Under the pieces are notes generated by a model. That model did not search any database, was not told the DNA's origin, and was given only the letters and a program-made list of their open reading frames with translations. From an uncultured delta proteobacterium (lineage in GTDB: Bacteria; Desulfobacterota; Binatia; JACPRU01): a stretch of 64,000 nt of DNA. The DNA is taken from positions 13,339 through 77,338 of the forward strand of contig CAWBOU010000052.1 in NCBI GenBank assembly GCA_963790365.1, written 5' to 3'. The position numbers were made by a program, and so were the translations under genes. Each line of letters begins with the position of its first letter. The first letter of the stretch is position 1. Shown one piece after another: positions 45,850 through 55,899 of the stretch.

Positions 45850-47982
45850 ATGATCCTCCGAAAATACTTCGTCAGTATTTTTTTGCTCGCCGCGGTCTCG
45901 CTCGCTCACGGCGAGGAGGCGAGCCCGGTCCCGGGCGCTTGTCCCGCGGGGAACCTCCTCGCCGGGCGGCTCCCGCACCGTTGGCTCGACCTCCGCGGCG
46001 AGCCGGCGAAGCTCACGGACGGCGCGGTCGGCCCGGAAGGCGCGTTCTGGAGTTCGGCGCCCGCGGTCGCGCTCCTCACCGACGCCGCGAGCGTCGACTT
46101 CGATCTCGGCGAGCCGCGGGCCCTGCGGGCGGTCTGGCTGCAAGCGGACGCGAACGACACGTACGCGATCTTCGGCTCACTCGACGGCGAGAGCTGGCGT
46201 CCCCTCGCGCGCGTCGATTCCGTTCTCGCGACGCAAGGACACGGGCTTCGCAGCCGAACCGTCGCGCTTCCTGCCGGCGAGGTCCGTTGGCTCCGGATCG
46301 GCGAACCGAAGGGCGACGGCGCGTACTCGCTCGCGGAGATCCAGGTCTTCTGTGTCGTGCCGGAGCGTTTCCCGCCGCCCGTCCGCGTCGAGCCGGCGGA
46401 GATGGCGCAGGCTCCTGCACCGAAGGCGTCGCCGTTCTGGAGCGACACGACGAGCGCGCGTTGGGAGCTCGTGCTCGCGGCCGCGATGCTCTGGCTCCTC
46501 GCCAGCCGCCGGCGCATCTCCGAGCGCGGCTGGCAGGCGCTCGCGCTCCTCGCGTTCGCGACCTACTTCAACTTCGGCTCCTTCCACTTCGGCAACTACG
46601 TCCACGGCTGGGACGTCTTTCACTACTACATCGGCGCGAAGTACTTCCCCGAGCTCGGCTACGAGCGCCTCTACGAGTGCGTGGCGATCGCGGATTCGGA
46701 AGACGGCCTTCGCCGGCGCGTCGAGCTCCGGAAGCTCACGGACCTCCGCACGAACGAGCTCGTCGCCTCGAGCTCGGTGCTCGCGGACCCGATGCGCTGC
46801 AAGTCGCACTTCAGCGACGAGCGCTGGGGCTCCTTCAAGGCGGACGTCGCGTATTTCCGGAGCCACGAGAACCCGAAGCGCTGGGACGAGACGCAGACGG
46901 ATCACGGGTTCAACGGGACTCCCGTCTGGACCATCGCGGGTTTCGTGCTCGCGAATCTCGCGCCGGCGAGCGATTCCTCCATTCTCGTCCTCACGCTGCT
47001 CGATCCCGCCTATCTCGCGGCGGCGCTTTGGCTCGTCCAGCGCGCGTTCGGTTGGCGGACGGCGGCGCTCGCGATGCTCGTCTTCGCGACGAGCTTTCCG
47101 TCGCGCTTCTACTGGACGGGCGGCGCGTTCCTCCGCTGGGACTGGATCTTCTACACGGTCGCCGCGATCGCGTGTCTCAAGCTCGATCGGCCGTTCCTCG
47201 CCGGTCTCGCCTTGGGGTACGCGGCGCTGCTGCGCATCTTCCCCGGCCTCCTCGTCGCGGGGCCGGCGCTCGCACTCGGCTGGCACGTGCTCCGCACGCG
47301 CCGCCTCGAGCTGACGTTCTTGCGCTTCTTCGCGGGCGCGGCCGTCTCGGTGGTCCTCCTCCTGGCGCTGAGCCTGCCGATCGCCGGCACGAGCGGGTAT
47401 CGCGAGTTCGTGCAGAACTCCGTCAAGCACACGGCGACGCCGCTCACGAACTACATGGGGCTTCGTACGGTGCTCGCGTATCGCCCGTCGGAGGCCGGCC
47501 GCCATCTGCGCACGGATCAGGACGTCGATCCGTGGGGCCGGTGGAAGAGCGCGCGGCTCCGCGCGTTCGAGCAGGCAAAGCCCGGATTCTACGTTCTCTT
47601 CGTCGGGTACGTCGCGCTTCTCGCGTTCGCGGTGCGTGACCGACCCGCGTGGCTCGCCGCCGCGCTCGGTGCGACCGTGCCGGCGTTCGCGATCGAGCTC
47701 ACCTCGTACTACTACGCGTTTGTCTTCGCCGTGGCGCTCGCCGCGCACGAGCGCGAGGACGTGCCGAATATCCTCCTCGCGATGACGGCGGCGACGGGCG
47801 TGATCGCCTGGGCGCCGCTGCCGTTCTTCCCGACCTGGTGGGACGAGCAATACACGGGGATGTCGCTCGTCATGGTCGTCGGTCTGACGGCGATTCTCTT
47901 CCGATTTGCAGCCCTGCAGCCAAAGCCACGCGACGCTGCTAAGAAGGGCGCTTCACGCAAGAAAGGCGGAGGTTCCCGATGA
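45850..47982 (+). CDS. signal peptide + discoidin-like domain + polytopic (GT-C-like) membrane domain protein
   Basis: MILRKYFVSIFLLAAVSLAHG signal. The ~150-aa domain ending AYSLAEIQVF resembles the F5/8 type C fold. More than 10 TM segments follow. 710 aa, intact. Confidence 0.6.
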   Translation: MILRKYFVSIFLLAAVSLAHGEEASPVPGACPAGNLLAGRLPHRWLDLRGEPAKLTDGAVGPEGAFWSSAPAVALLTDAASVDFDLGEPRALRAVWLQADANDTYAIFGSLDGESWRPLARVDSVLATQGHGLRSRTVALPAGEVRWLRIGEPKGDGAYSLAEIQVFCVVPERFPPPVRVEPAEMAQAPAPKASPFWSDTTSARWELVLAAAMLWLLASRRRISERGWQALALLAFATYFNFGSFHFGNYVHGWDVFHYYIGAKYFPELGYERLYECVAIADSEDGLRRRVELRKLTDLRTNELVASSSVLADPMRCKSHFSDERWGSFKADVAYFRSHENPKRWDETQTDHGFNGTPVWTIAGFVLANLAPASDSSILVLTLLDPAYLAAALWLVQRAFGWRTAALAMLVFATSFPSRFYWTGGAFLRWDWIFYTVAAIACLKLDRPFLAGLALGYAALLRIFPGLLVAGPALALGWHVLRTRRLELTFLRFFAGAAVSVVLLLALSLPIAGTSGYREFVQNSVKHTATPLTNYMGLRTVLAYRPSEAGRHLRTDQDVDPWGRWKSARLRAFEQAKPGFYVLFVGYVALLAFAVRDRPAWLAAALGATVPAFAIELTSYYYAFVFAVALAAHEREDVPNILLAMTAATGVIAWAPLPFFPTWWDEQYTGMSLVMVVGLTAILFRFAALQPKPRDAAKKGASRKKGGGSR

Positions 47983-48776
47983 CGGCAGAACGAGTGACCT
48001 GCGCGATCGAGGGCGGTGTGGCGGACGTCCGGCTGAATCGCCCGGAGAAGATGAATGCCCTCGACGCGGCGATGTTTCACGCCCTCGGCGAGACGGGCGA
48101 TCGGCTGAAGAGCGATCGGTCCGTGCGGGTCGTCGTGCTCTCGGGCGAGGGACGCGCGTTCTGCGCAGGCCTCGACTTCGGCTCGTTTCGTTCGATGGCG
48201 GACGGCGGCTTGGACGGCGGCCTCGCCGAGCGGCGCGAAGGCCGCATCACGAACGTCGGGCAGCACGCCGCCTACGTCTGGTTCGAGATGCCTGTGCCGG
48301 TGATCGCCGCCGTTCACGGCGTCGCGTTCGGCGGCGGGCTGCAGATCGCCGCGGCCGCCGACATCCGCATCGTCGCGCCGGGCGCGCAGCTCTCGGTGAT
48401 GGAGGCGAAGTGGGGTCTCAACCCCGACATGACCGGCACGCAGCTTCTGCCGCGGCTCGTCGGGCTCGACGTCGCCAAGGAGCTCACGTTCACGGCGCGG
48501 ATCGTTTCCGGTACCGAAGCGGTTGCTTTGGGCCTCGCCACCCGCGTCGCCGACGATCCGCGCGCGGAAGCGCTGCGCCTCGCCCGCGACATCGCGAACA
48601 AGAACCCGCACGCGATCCGCGGCTCGAAGGCGCTCCTCAACCTCGCCGGTACCGTGGGCCTCGCGGAAGGGTTTCAGGCCGAGGAGCGCACGATCCGCGG
48701 GCTCATTGGCACGCCGAATCAGGTCGAGGCGGTCATGGCGAACATGGAGAAGCGGGCGCCCCGCTTCGAGGACTGA
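47979..48776 (+). CDS. enoyl-CoA hydratase/isomerase (crotonase) family protein
   Basis: LNRPEKMNALD...VVVLSGEGRAFCAGLD...AAVHGVAFGGGLQIA. ATGA overlap with the upstream gene. Confidence 0.85.
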   Translation: MTAERVTCAIEGGVADVRLNRPEKMNALDAAMFHALGETGDRLKSDRSVRVVVLSGEGRAFCAGLDFGSFRSMADGGLDGGLAERREGRITNVGQHAAYVWFEMPVPVIAAVHGVAFGGGLQIAAAADIRIVAPGAQLSVMEAKWGLNPDMTGTQLLPRLVGLDVAKELTFTARIVSGTEAVALGLATRVADDPRAEALRLARDIANKNPHAIRGSKALLNLAGTVGLAEGFQAEERTIRGLIGTPNQVEAVMANMEKRAPRFED

Positions 48777-48778
48777 CG

Positions 48779-49555
48779 ATGGGCGCAACGGTCGACGTCA
48801 TCGTGAACAGCCTCGCCGGCACCGTCCGCGGCTGGCGGGGCACGAACTCCTTCGCCGCGCCGGACCGCCGCCCCGAGAAGTTTCTCGAGCTCTACGACAT
48901 CGAAGCGAGCCCGTTTTGCCGCCTCGTCCGCGAGGTGCTGACGGAGCTGGATCTCGACGTGCTCGTGAAGCCGTGCCCCGCCGGTGGTACGCGCTTCCGG
49001 CCCGAGGCCGAGACCATCGGTGGCAAGCAGCTGTTCCCGTTTCTCGTGGATCCGAATGGCGGCCGGCATCTCTACGAGTCGGCCGACATCATCGACTATC
49101 TCGAGGAGACCTACGGTCGTGGGAACGCCGCCCCGCGCGGCTGGCGGAGGGGCGTCGGCCTCGCCACCTCGGTCGCTTCGACGGCACTCCTCTGGCGCGT
49201 CGGCGCCGGCTTGACCGGCGTCAAAGCGCGGCCGTCGAAGGGGCCGGCGCAGGTGCTCGAGCTCTACAGCTTCGAATCGAGCCCGTACTCGAAGCGCGTC
49301 CGCGCGCGGCTCTGCGAGCTCGAGATCCCGTACGTGCTGCGCAACACGGGCAAGGGCGCGTGGAGCGACATGGGCCCACCGTCGCTTCGCGACAAAGTCT
49401 GGAAGGCGCCGATGGGCACCAACCGGAACCGCCGCTGGCTCGCCGAGCACACCGGACGCGTGCAGGTGCCGTACCTCCGCGATCCGAACACCGGCGAGGA
49501 CATGTACGAGTCCGACGCGATCCTCGCGTATCTCGAGAAGGCCTACGCGGCGTAG
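48779..49555 (+). CDS. protein with two glutaredoxin/GST-N-like thioredoxin-fold domains
   Basis: Internal ATG at 48779. Two modules: LELYDIEASPFCRLVRE...FPFLVDPNGG..LYESADIIDYLEETY and LELYSFESSPYSKRVRA...VPYLRDPNTGEDMYESDAILAYLEKAY. Confidence 0.65.
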   Translation: MGATVDVIVNSLAGTVRGWRGTNSFAAPDRRPEKFLELYDIEASPFCRLVREVLTELDLDVLVKPCPAGGTRFRPEAETIGGKQLFPFLVDPNGGRHLYESADIIDYLEETYGRGNAAPRGWRRGVGLATSVASTALLWRVGAGLTGVKARPSKGPAQVLELYSFESSPYSKRVRARLCELEIPYVLRNTGKGAWSDMGPPSLRDKVWKAPMGTNRNRRWLAEHTGRVQVPYLRDPNTGEDMYESDAILAYLEKAYAA

Positions 49556-49564
49556 AAATTTGAG

Positions 49565-49605
49565 GAAGGGGACAGATTTATTCACTGAATAGATCTGTCC
49601 CCTTC
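49565..49605. repeat. 45-nt hairpin repeat, copy 2
   Basis: gaaggggacagatttat-tcactga-atagatctgtccccttc, between convergent genes. Same orientation as copy 1. Confidence 0.85.
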
Positions 49606-49641
49606 GTTTGAAGACGGTCGTCGCCGGGGACCGCTCGGGAC

Positions 49642-50064
49642 TTACTCTCCGATCACCTTCACGAGCACGCGCTTCTTCCGGCGGCCGTCGAACTCGCCGT
49701 AAAAGATCTGCTCCCACGGGCCGAAGTCGAGCTTGCCCGCGGTGATCGCGACGACGACCTCGCGGCCCATGACCTGGCGCTTGTGGTGCGCGTCGCCGTT
49801 GTCCTCGCCGGTCTTGTTGTGCGCGTAGCGCTTGGGGCTCGCGTCGAACGGCGCGAGCTGCTCGAGCCAGCGCTTGTAGTCCTCGTGGAGGCCGGGCTCG
49901 TCGTCGTTGATGAAGACGGACGCCGTGATGTGCATCGCGTTCACGAGGCAGAGGCCTTCGGCGACGCCGCTCTCGGCCACGACCTCTTCGACCTCGCCCG
50001 TGATGTTCACGAAGTCCATTCGCGCCGGCACGTTCATCGTCAGGTAGCGAGTGAGCGACTTCAT
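49642..50064 (-). CDS. YjbQ/UPF0047 family protein (secondary thiamine-phosphate synthase-like)
   Basis: 140 aa. ITGEVEEVV...[26 protein letters not shown]...[11 protein letters not shown]...[16 protein letters not shown]. Confidence 0.8.
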   Translation of the reverse strand: MKSLTRYLTMNVPARMDFVNITGEVEEVVAESGVAEGLCLVNAMHITASVFINDDEPGLHEDYKRWLEQLAPFDASPKRYAHNKTGEDNGDAHHKRQVMGREVVVAITAGKLDFGPWEQIFYGEFDGRRKKRVLVKVIGE

Positions 50065-50153
50065 GAGCCGACGCCTAGCACGGATGTGGCTCCTCCGAAC
50101 GATAGGCGAATGGTCCTTGGATCGGGGCCGCTTCCCGGAGTACCTTCGCCGGC

Positions 50154-52377
50154 ATGGAAGAGACCGTCAGCTACCGCACGTGCCCCCTCTGCGAAGCCAC
50201 CTGTGGGCTCGAGATCCGCGCCCGCGGGCGCGAGGTCGTATCGATCCGCGGCGACGAGGAAGACGTCTTCAGCAAGGGCTTCCTCTGTCCCAAGGCCTAC
50301 GCGCTGAAGGAGCTCGATGCGGACCCCGACCGCCTGCGGACGCCGCTCGTCCGCAAGAACGGCAAGCTCGAGCCCGCGACGTGGGACGAGGCGTTCGAGC
50401 TGATCGAGAAGCGGTATGGCGAGATCGTCGCCGCGCACGGGCGTGACGCCGTCGCCGTCTTCCTCGGCAACCCGAGCGCGCACGTGCTCGCGCTCGGCTT
50501 CTACAACCAGGTCTTCCTCCGCGCGCTCGGCACGCGGAACATCTACTCCGCCTCGACCGTCGATCAGATGCCGAAGCAGGTCTCCGGCGGGCTCATGTTC
50601 GGCACGGTCATCTCGTTCCCCGTGCCGGACCTCGATCGCGCGAAGTACGTGATGATGCTCGGCGCGAACCCGTTCGAGTCGAACGGCAGCTTGATGACCT
50701 CGCCGGACGTTCCCGGGAAGCTCAAGGACATCGTGAAGCGCGGTGGGAAGGTCGTCGTGGTGGATCCGCGGCGGACGCGGACGGCGGAGCACGCGACCGA
50801 GTACGTCGCCCTGCGCCCCGGCACCGATGCGCTCTTCCTCGCGGCGATCCTGAACGTGCTGTTCGAAGAAGGGCTCGCGAATCCCGGCGCGATGGCGGCG
50901 CACGTCGCCGGCCTCGAGGACGTGCGCGCATTCGTGCGTGACTTCACTCCGGAGCGCGTGGCGGAACGCTGCGCGGTTGAAGCAAAAGTCATCCGCCGGC
51001 TCGCGCGCGAGCTCGCGTCGGCCGACCCGTCCGTCGTCTACGGTCGCATCGGCACGACGACGCAGGAGTTCGGCACGCTCGCGAGCTGGCTCGTCGACGT
51101 CGTCAACGTGCTGACGGGAAGCCTCGATCGGCCGGGCGGACCGATGTTCCCGAAGCCCGCGTCGGGCGGTCCGAACACGCGGGGCACGCCGGGCAAAGGG
51201 AAGGGCGTTCGCTTCGGCCGCCGGCGGAGCCGTGTGCGCGACGTGCCGGAGGTCTACGGCGAGCTCCCGTGCGCGTGTCTCGCCGAGGAGATCGAGACGC
51301 CGGGCGACGGCCAGATCCGCGCGCTCTTCACGGTCTCCGGAAACCCCGTGCTCTCGACGCCGAACGGCGCGCGCCTCGCGAAGGCGCTCGACACGCTCGA
51401 ATTCATGGTTTCGCTCGACATCTACGTGAACGAGACGGCGAGCCACGCGGACGTCGTGCTGCCCGGTCTCTCCGCGCTCGAGCAGTCGCACTACGATCTC
51501 TTCCTCCGCCAGTTCGCGGTGCGGAACGTCGCGACGTATTCGCCGGCGATGTTCGCGATGCCCGAGGGGCAGCAGGAGGAATGGAAGTCGCTGCTGCGGC
51601 TGACCGCCATCATCACCGGCCAGGGTGCGAATGCCGATCTCGAAGCGCTCGACGACTTCGTGGCCGCGCAGGTCGCCGAGTCGGCCGCTCGCGCTGCCGG
51701 GCGGAGTCGCCGAAGACATCCTCGGCGCGGTCGCGCCGCGGCGCGGACCGGAGCGGCTCCTCGACATCGCGCTCCGGAGCGGACCCTACGGAGACAACTT
51801 CGATCCCGCGAAGGAGGGCCTCTCGCTCGCCGTGCTCGAGAAGAACCCGCACGGTATCGATCTCGGCCCGCTCGAGCCGCGGATTCCGGAAGTGTTGCGG
51901 ACGCCGTCGGGGAAGATCGAGCTCGCGCCCGCGGAGCTGGTCGCGGATGGCGAGCGTCTGCGCGCGGCGCTGGACCGCGACGCGGATGCGATGGTGCTGA
52001 TCGGCCGGCGCGATCTCCGCTCCAACAACTCGTGGATGCACAACCTGAACGTGCTCGTGAAAGGAAACGAGCGCTGTACGCTGCAGGTCTCGCCGGCGGA
52101 CGCCGAGCGTCTCGGGCTCGCGGACGGCGGGCGCGCGCGGGTGGCCTCACGGGTCGGCGCGGTCGAAGTGCCGGTCGAGGTTACGGACCGCGTGATGCCC
52201 GGTGTCGTCAGCTTGCCGCACGGCTGGGGACACGACGCCGAGGAAGCGCGCATGACGATCGCCGCGGCACACGCCGGCGTGAACTCGAACCGGCTCGCCG
52301 ACGAGCTCGCGCTCGATCCGCTCTCGGGCAACGCGATCCTCAACGGGATTCCGGTGAAGGTCGAAGCCACGGCCTGA
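50154..52377 (+). pseudogene. molybdopterin oxidoreductase family protein, one frameshift near 51690
   Basis: N-terminal 4Fe-4S motif CPLCEATCGL. MopB-type body. The C-terminal segment from ...GGVAEDILGAV to VSLPHGWGH...NGIPVKVEA is in another frame (ORF 51625..52377). Confidence 0.75.
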
Positions 52378-52435
52378 CCACGGCGCTGGGATTCTCGGCT
52401 CCCCGTGACGGGGCACATCTGATAGTTGCCCCGTC

Positions 52436-53395
52436 ATGAAGAAAGCGGTCGTCTGCGGCGCCGGCGGGTTCATCGCGAGCCATCTCGTGAAGCGACTGAA
52501 GCGCGAGGGCTACTGGGTGCGCGCCGTCGACGTGAAGGCGCCCGAGTTCGCGCCTACCGCGGCGGACGAGTTCCGGCTGCTCGACCTGCGCGAGCCACAG
52601 CAGTGCCGCGAGGCGGTCACGCTGGCGGGCGGTGTGCACGAGGTCTACCAACTCGCCGCCGACATGGGCGGCATGGGATTCATCCACACGGCGGAGACCG
52701 AGATTCTCCGCAACAGCGCGCTCGTCAACATTCACATGATCGATGCGGCCGCCGCGGCGCACGTGCCGCGGTACTTCTTCTCCTCTTCCGTCTGCATCTA
52801 TCGCGACATGATGCCGGGCGAGCCGGAGATGACGGAGGCGGAAGCGTACCCGGCGCTGCCCGACAACGAGTACGGCTGGGAGAAGCTGTACGCGGAGCGG
52901 ACGGCGATGGCGTACGGTCGTCGATTCGGCATGGCGATCCGCATCGCGCGGTTCCAGAACTGCTACGGGCCCGAGGGCACGTGGCGCGGTGGCCGCGAGA
53001 AGGCTCCCGCGGCGATTTGCCGCAAGGTCGCCGAGATCGACGACGGCGGCACGATCGAGGTGTGGGGCGACGGCAGCGCGGTGCGTTCGTACACGTACGT
53101 GGACGACATGGTCGACGGCATCTACCGGCTCACGCAGAGCGAGATCGAGGGACCGGTCAACATCGGCTGCCCGGAGTACGTGACGGTGAACGACCTCGTC
53201 GACGTCGTCGCCGCAGTCTCGAAGAAGCGCGTGAACGTCCGTCACGTCGACGGGCCGGTCGGCGTGCACTCTCGCAACTTCAGCAACGCGAGGATCGAGT
53301 CACTCGGCTGGCAGAGCCAGTGGCCGCTCCGGCGCGGGATCGAGGCGACCTATCCGTGGGTCGCCGAGCAGGTCCGAACCGCTCGCCGCGGGTGA
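52436..53395 (+). CDS. NAD-dependent epimerase, GDP-mannose 3,5-epimerase-like
   Basis: GAGGFIASHLVKRLK, LAADMGGMGFI, SSSVCIY and RFQNCYGPEGTWRGGREKAPAAICRK closely follow the GME-type pattern. Confidence 0.75.
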   Translation: MKKAVVCGAGGFIASHLVKRLKREGYWVRAVDVKAPEFAPTAADEFRLLDLREPQQCREAVTLAGGVHEVYQLAADMGGMGFIHTAETEILRNSALVNIHMIDAAAAAHVPRYFFSSSVCIYRDMMPGEPEMTEAEAYPALPDNEYGWEKLYAERTAMAYGRRFGMAIRIARFQNCYGPEGTWRGGREKAPAAICRKVAEIDDGGTIEVWGDGSAVRSYTYVDDMVDGIYRLTQSEIEGPVNIGCPEYVTVNDLVDVVAAVSKKRVNVRHVDGPVGVHSRNFSNARIESLGWQSQWPLRRGIEATYPWVAEQVRTARRG

Positions 53396-53414
53396 CGGTT
53401 CCGTCCGCGCGCCC

Positions 53415-54059
53415 CTAGCCGATGCCGCGCATCCCGTCCATGAACTCGAGCGCGTGCCCGCCGACGAAGAAGACGACCCAGAAGATCAACAGGAAGTAGA
53501 GGACGGTCACCACGAGCAGCACGAGCGCGACGAAGATGAAGCCGCCGTCGTCCTCGAGCTCGGCGATGCAGGCGGCGATGATCACGAGCGCCGGTAGCGT
53601 GTTGTTGAACGGGATCCCGAAGAACGGGATCGCCATGAGGAGGCCGCCGATCGCCATCAAGCCGCCGACGATTCGCGCGCCGCGTGCCCCGGTCACCAGG
53701 TGCGTGTGACGCTGCTTGGTGAAGCGTGCGCAGAAGCGGATCACGCCCCGTAAGAGCCCGATGATGCGCTCCCACGCTTTCGCGCTCGGCGCGCTCGCCC
53801 GCACCTTGTCGGGTAGCCACGGCGCGGGGTTTTGCCGCGCGAGCTGGAAACCAAGAATCGCGAACGTGAGCCCGCCCACCGTCGAAAGCGGGCCGAGCGA
53901 GATCGGCTGCAGGAACGGCAGGCAGAGGATGATGCCGATGAACGAGTAGCTCGCCTCGCCCAGTCGATCGAACGCTTCGCCAAGCGTGAGATTTTCCTCG
54001 CGCGCCTCCTTGGCGCAGGCTTCGAGGGCTTGGATCAATTCGTCGCTGGTCGTGGCCAT
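53415..54059 (-). CDS. exopolysaccharide synthesis ExoD family membrane protein
   Basis: 214 aa. LGEAFDRLGEASYSFIGIILCLPFLQPISLGPLSTVGG...PFFGIPFNNTLPAL. Confidence 0.7.
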   Translation of the reverse strand: MATTSDELIQALEACAKEAREENLTLGEAFDRLGEASYSFIGIILCLPFLQPISLGPLSTVGGLTFAILGFQLARQNPAPWLPDKVRASAPSAKAWERIIGLLRGVIRFCARFTKQRHTHLVTGARGARIVGGLMAIGGLLMAIPFFGIPFNNTLPALVIIAACIAELEDDGGFIFVALVLLVVTVLYFLLIFWVVFFVGGHALEFMDGMRGIG

Positions 54060-54104
54060 TGGAGCGTGCCTGACTAGCGGGGCCAGCGTTCGCCAGCAAG
54101 TAGG

Positions 54105-55121
54105 CTATGCGGGTACGGGCGCCTGCGGTGCGGGGAAGTGGATGTACTCGTCGATGATCACGTCGACGAGGTCGTCGTCGGACGGGCGGGCGTCGATGCG
54201 ACCCCGTGCGCGAAGATCGTCGACGAGCCGATCGACGACCGTCGCGACGTCGAGATCGTGCGAGTGCAGCTTCCATGCACGCCGCTCCTCCTCGTCGGCG
54301 AAGCAGTACGCCTTCCACGAGATCGAGAAGCGGAGGTCTTGCCAGCGGTAGCGGTTGACGACGCGCTCGCCGTCCACGACCGCCCACTCGCGGTCTCCGG
54401 CGAACGTGAGTCGCATGCCGGGCCGGAGCTCGCCGACCAGCTCGGCCGTCTCGGCGACGCGGTCGACGCCGTGAAAGACCGAATCCGTATCCATCAGGAG
54501 CGCGGTGTTGAACTTCACCTGATGGGCGGTCGCGGGCGCGCCGGCGCCGTCGGGATAGAAGGCGAGCTCGCCGCCCTTGCAGTCGTGGAACCAGGCGATG
54601 CCGGTCGCGATCGGCATGCGATGCTCGGCGAAGAGGCCGGAGTGGTGCATCGCGACGATCAACCACTGCGGATGCTTCGTGCGGTTGACGCCGCGGAACT
54701 CGGGCACGTCGGTGTGAATGGCGAGCTCTTGGCCGGGCACGAGGAGGTTCGCATAGACGATCGCGGGCTCGATCACCGGCCGGCCGTGGAGCTTCCGCGC
54801 GGCTTCGACGAATCCCTCGTGATGGAGGAACGGCTCGACGCCGCTGATTCGCGCCTCTTCGCCGTAGGCGTAAGACTCGCGGAAATAGTTCGTGCGCGCG
54901 GCGAGCGTCGCGAGCGACTCGACGCGCCCGAACCGGCCGCCGCTTTTCACGAAGTTGCGCGCCGCGTCCCAACGTGCCGGGCGGCCGGCCCCGAAGCCGG
55001 CGAACGTCGGTTCCTCGGAGTACATCTTGTAGGCGCCGAAGCGCTCGCAGAGCGAGACCATGGACTGCGCGACGTGATCCGTGAGGAGCGGATCGAAGAC
55101 GGCGTACCAGGCGCGAGGCAT
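54105..55121 (-). CDS. hypothetical protein, possible Fe(II)/2-oxoglutarate-type oxygenase
   Basis: Start at internal ATG 55121 (MPRAWYAV...). Candidate HxD...H triad (LAIHTDVPEF ... SVFHGV). No family recognised with confidence. Confidence 0.45.
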   Translation of the reverse strand: MPRAWYAVFDPLLTDHVAQSMVSLCERFGAYKMYSEEPTFAGFGAGRPARWDAARNFVKSGGRFGRVESLATLAARTNYFRESYAYGEEARISGVEPFLHHEGFVEAARKLHGRPVIEPAIVYANLLVPGQELAIHTDVPEFRGVNRTKHPQWLIVAMHHSGLFAEHRMPIATGIAWFHDCKGGELAFYPDGAGAPATAHQVKFNTALLMDTDSVFHGVDRVAETAELVGELRPGMRLTFAGDREWAVVDGERVVNRYRWQDLRFSISWKAYCFADEEERRAWKLHSHDLDVATVVDRLVDDLRARGRIDARPSDDDLVDVIIDEYIHFPAPQAPVPA

Positions 55122-55187
55122 GGGGTTGCCCTTAGCATTTCCCCCTTGACCCTGCGACGCGTCACCCCGTACGGAGTTGGACAGACC

Positions 55188-55886
55188 GTGACGCGCGCCG
55201 ACCTCCGGAAACAGATCCCCGGCTGGTACCGCTGGTGGCTCCATGCCGGCCTCATTGCGGCGTTCTGCCTCGGCGGGATCGCGCTCTGCCTCTGGCAGCT
55301 CGAGTCACCGACGATCGGCGAGGGGCTCCTCTTCGTCGGCATGCTCCTCTTCGCGAACTTCGGCGAGTGGGCGATCCACATCCGCTCGCTTCACAGCCGC
55401 GTGTTTCCCTACGCGCCGTTCGAGCGTCACACGCAGCACCACACGTTCTTCGGCTACGAGACGATGGCGGTCGACCGGCTCGCGGACATGTACTGGGTGA
55501 TCTTCCCGCCCTGGGCGCTGCCGCTCATGACGGTGACGCTCGTGCCGATCTTCCTGCTGATTTCTTTCCTCGTGTCTGCGAACGCGGGCTGGATCTTTCT
55601 GCTCGCCGTCTTCGTCTACTACGGCGTCTACGAGATCTTTCACTCGTTCGCGCATCTCCCCGAGGGCCACGCGGCGGCCGGCATTCCCTGGGTGCGCGGG
55701 GTCACGCACCACCACCGCGTGCACCACGACCCGCGCCTGATGAAGCGGTGGAACTTCAACTTCGCGATCCCGATCTTCGATCGGTTGTTCGGGACGCTCT
55801 ATGTGGCTCCCGCGGTCGAAGAGATCGAAATCCCGAGCGGTCCCCGGCGACGGGATCCTTTGCCGCCGATGTCGCCGTCGCCTTAA
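55188..55886 (+). CDS. fatty acid hydroxylase / sterol desaturase superfamily membrane protein
   Basis: GTG start 55188, 4 TM segments, His boxes HIRSLH, HTQHH and HHHRVHH. Confidence 0.7.
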   Translation: MTRADLRKQIPGWYRWWLHAGLIAAFCLGGIALCLWQLESPTIGEGLLFVGMLLFANFGEWAIHIRSLHSRVFPYAPFERHTQHHTFFGYETMAVDRLADMYWVIFPPWALPLMTVTLVPIFLLISFLVSANAGWIFLLAVFVYYGVYEIFHSFAHLPEGHAAAGIPWVRGVTHHHRVHHDPRLMKRWNFNFAIPIFDRLFGTLYVAPAVEEIEIPSGPRRRDPLPPMSPSP

Positions 55887-55899
55887 AAAATCGCCCGGC

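Noticed and set aside
46177-47850. 557-aa minus-strand ORF and 566-aa plus-strand alternative-frame ORF over the discoidin-membrane gene
   Set aside because: Arg/Glu/Pro-rich with no motifs. The chosen frame has a signal peptide and coherent TM helices.
51650-51720. Selenocysteine or programmed recoding in the molybdopterin oxidoreductase
   Set aside because: The discontinuity is a frame change with no in-frame TGA and no slippery heptamer or SECIS-like context that I could see.
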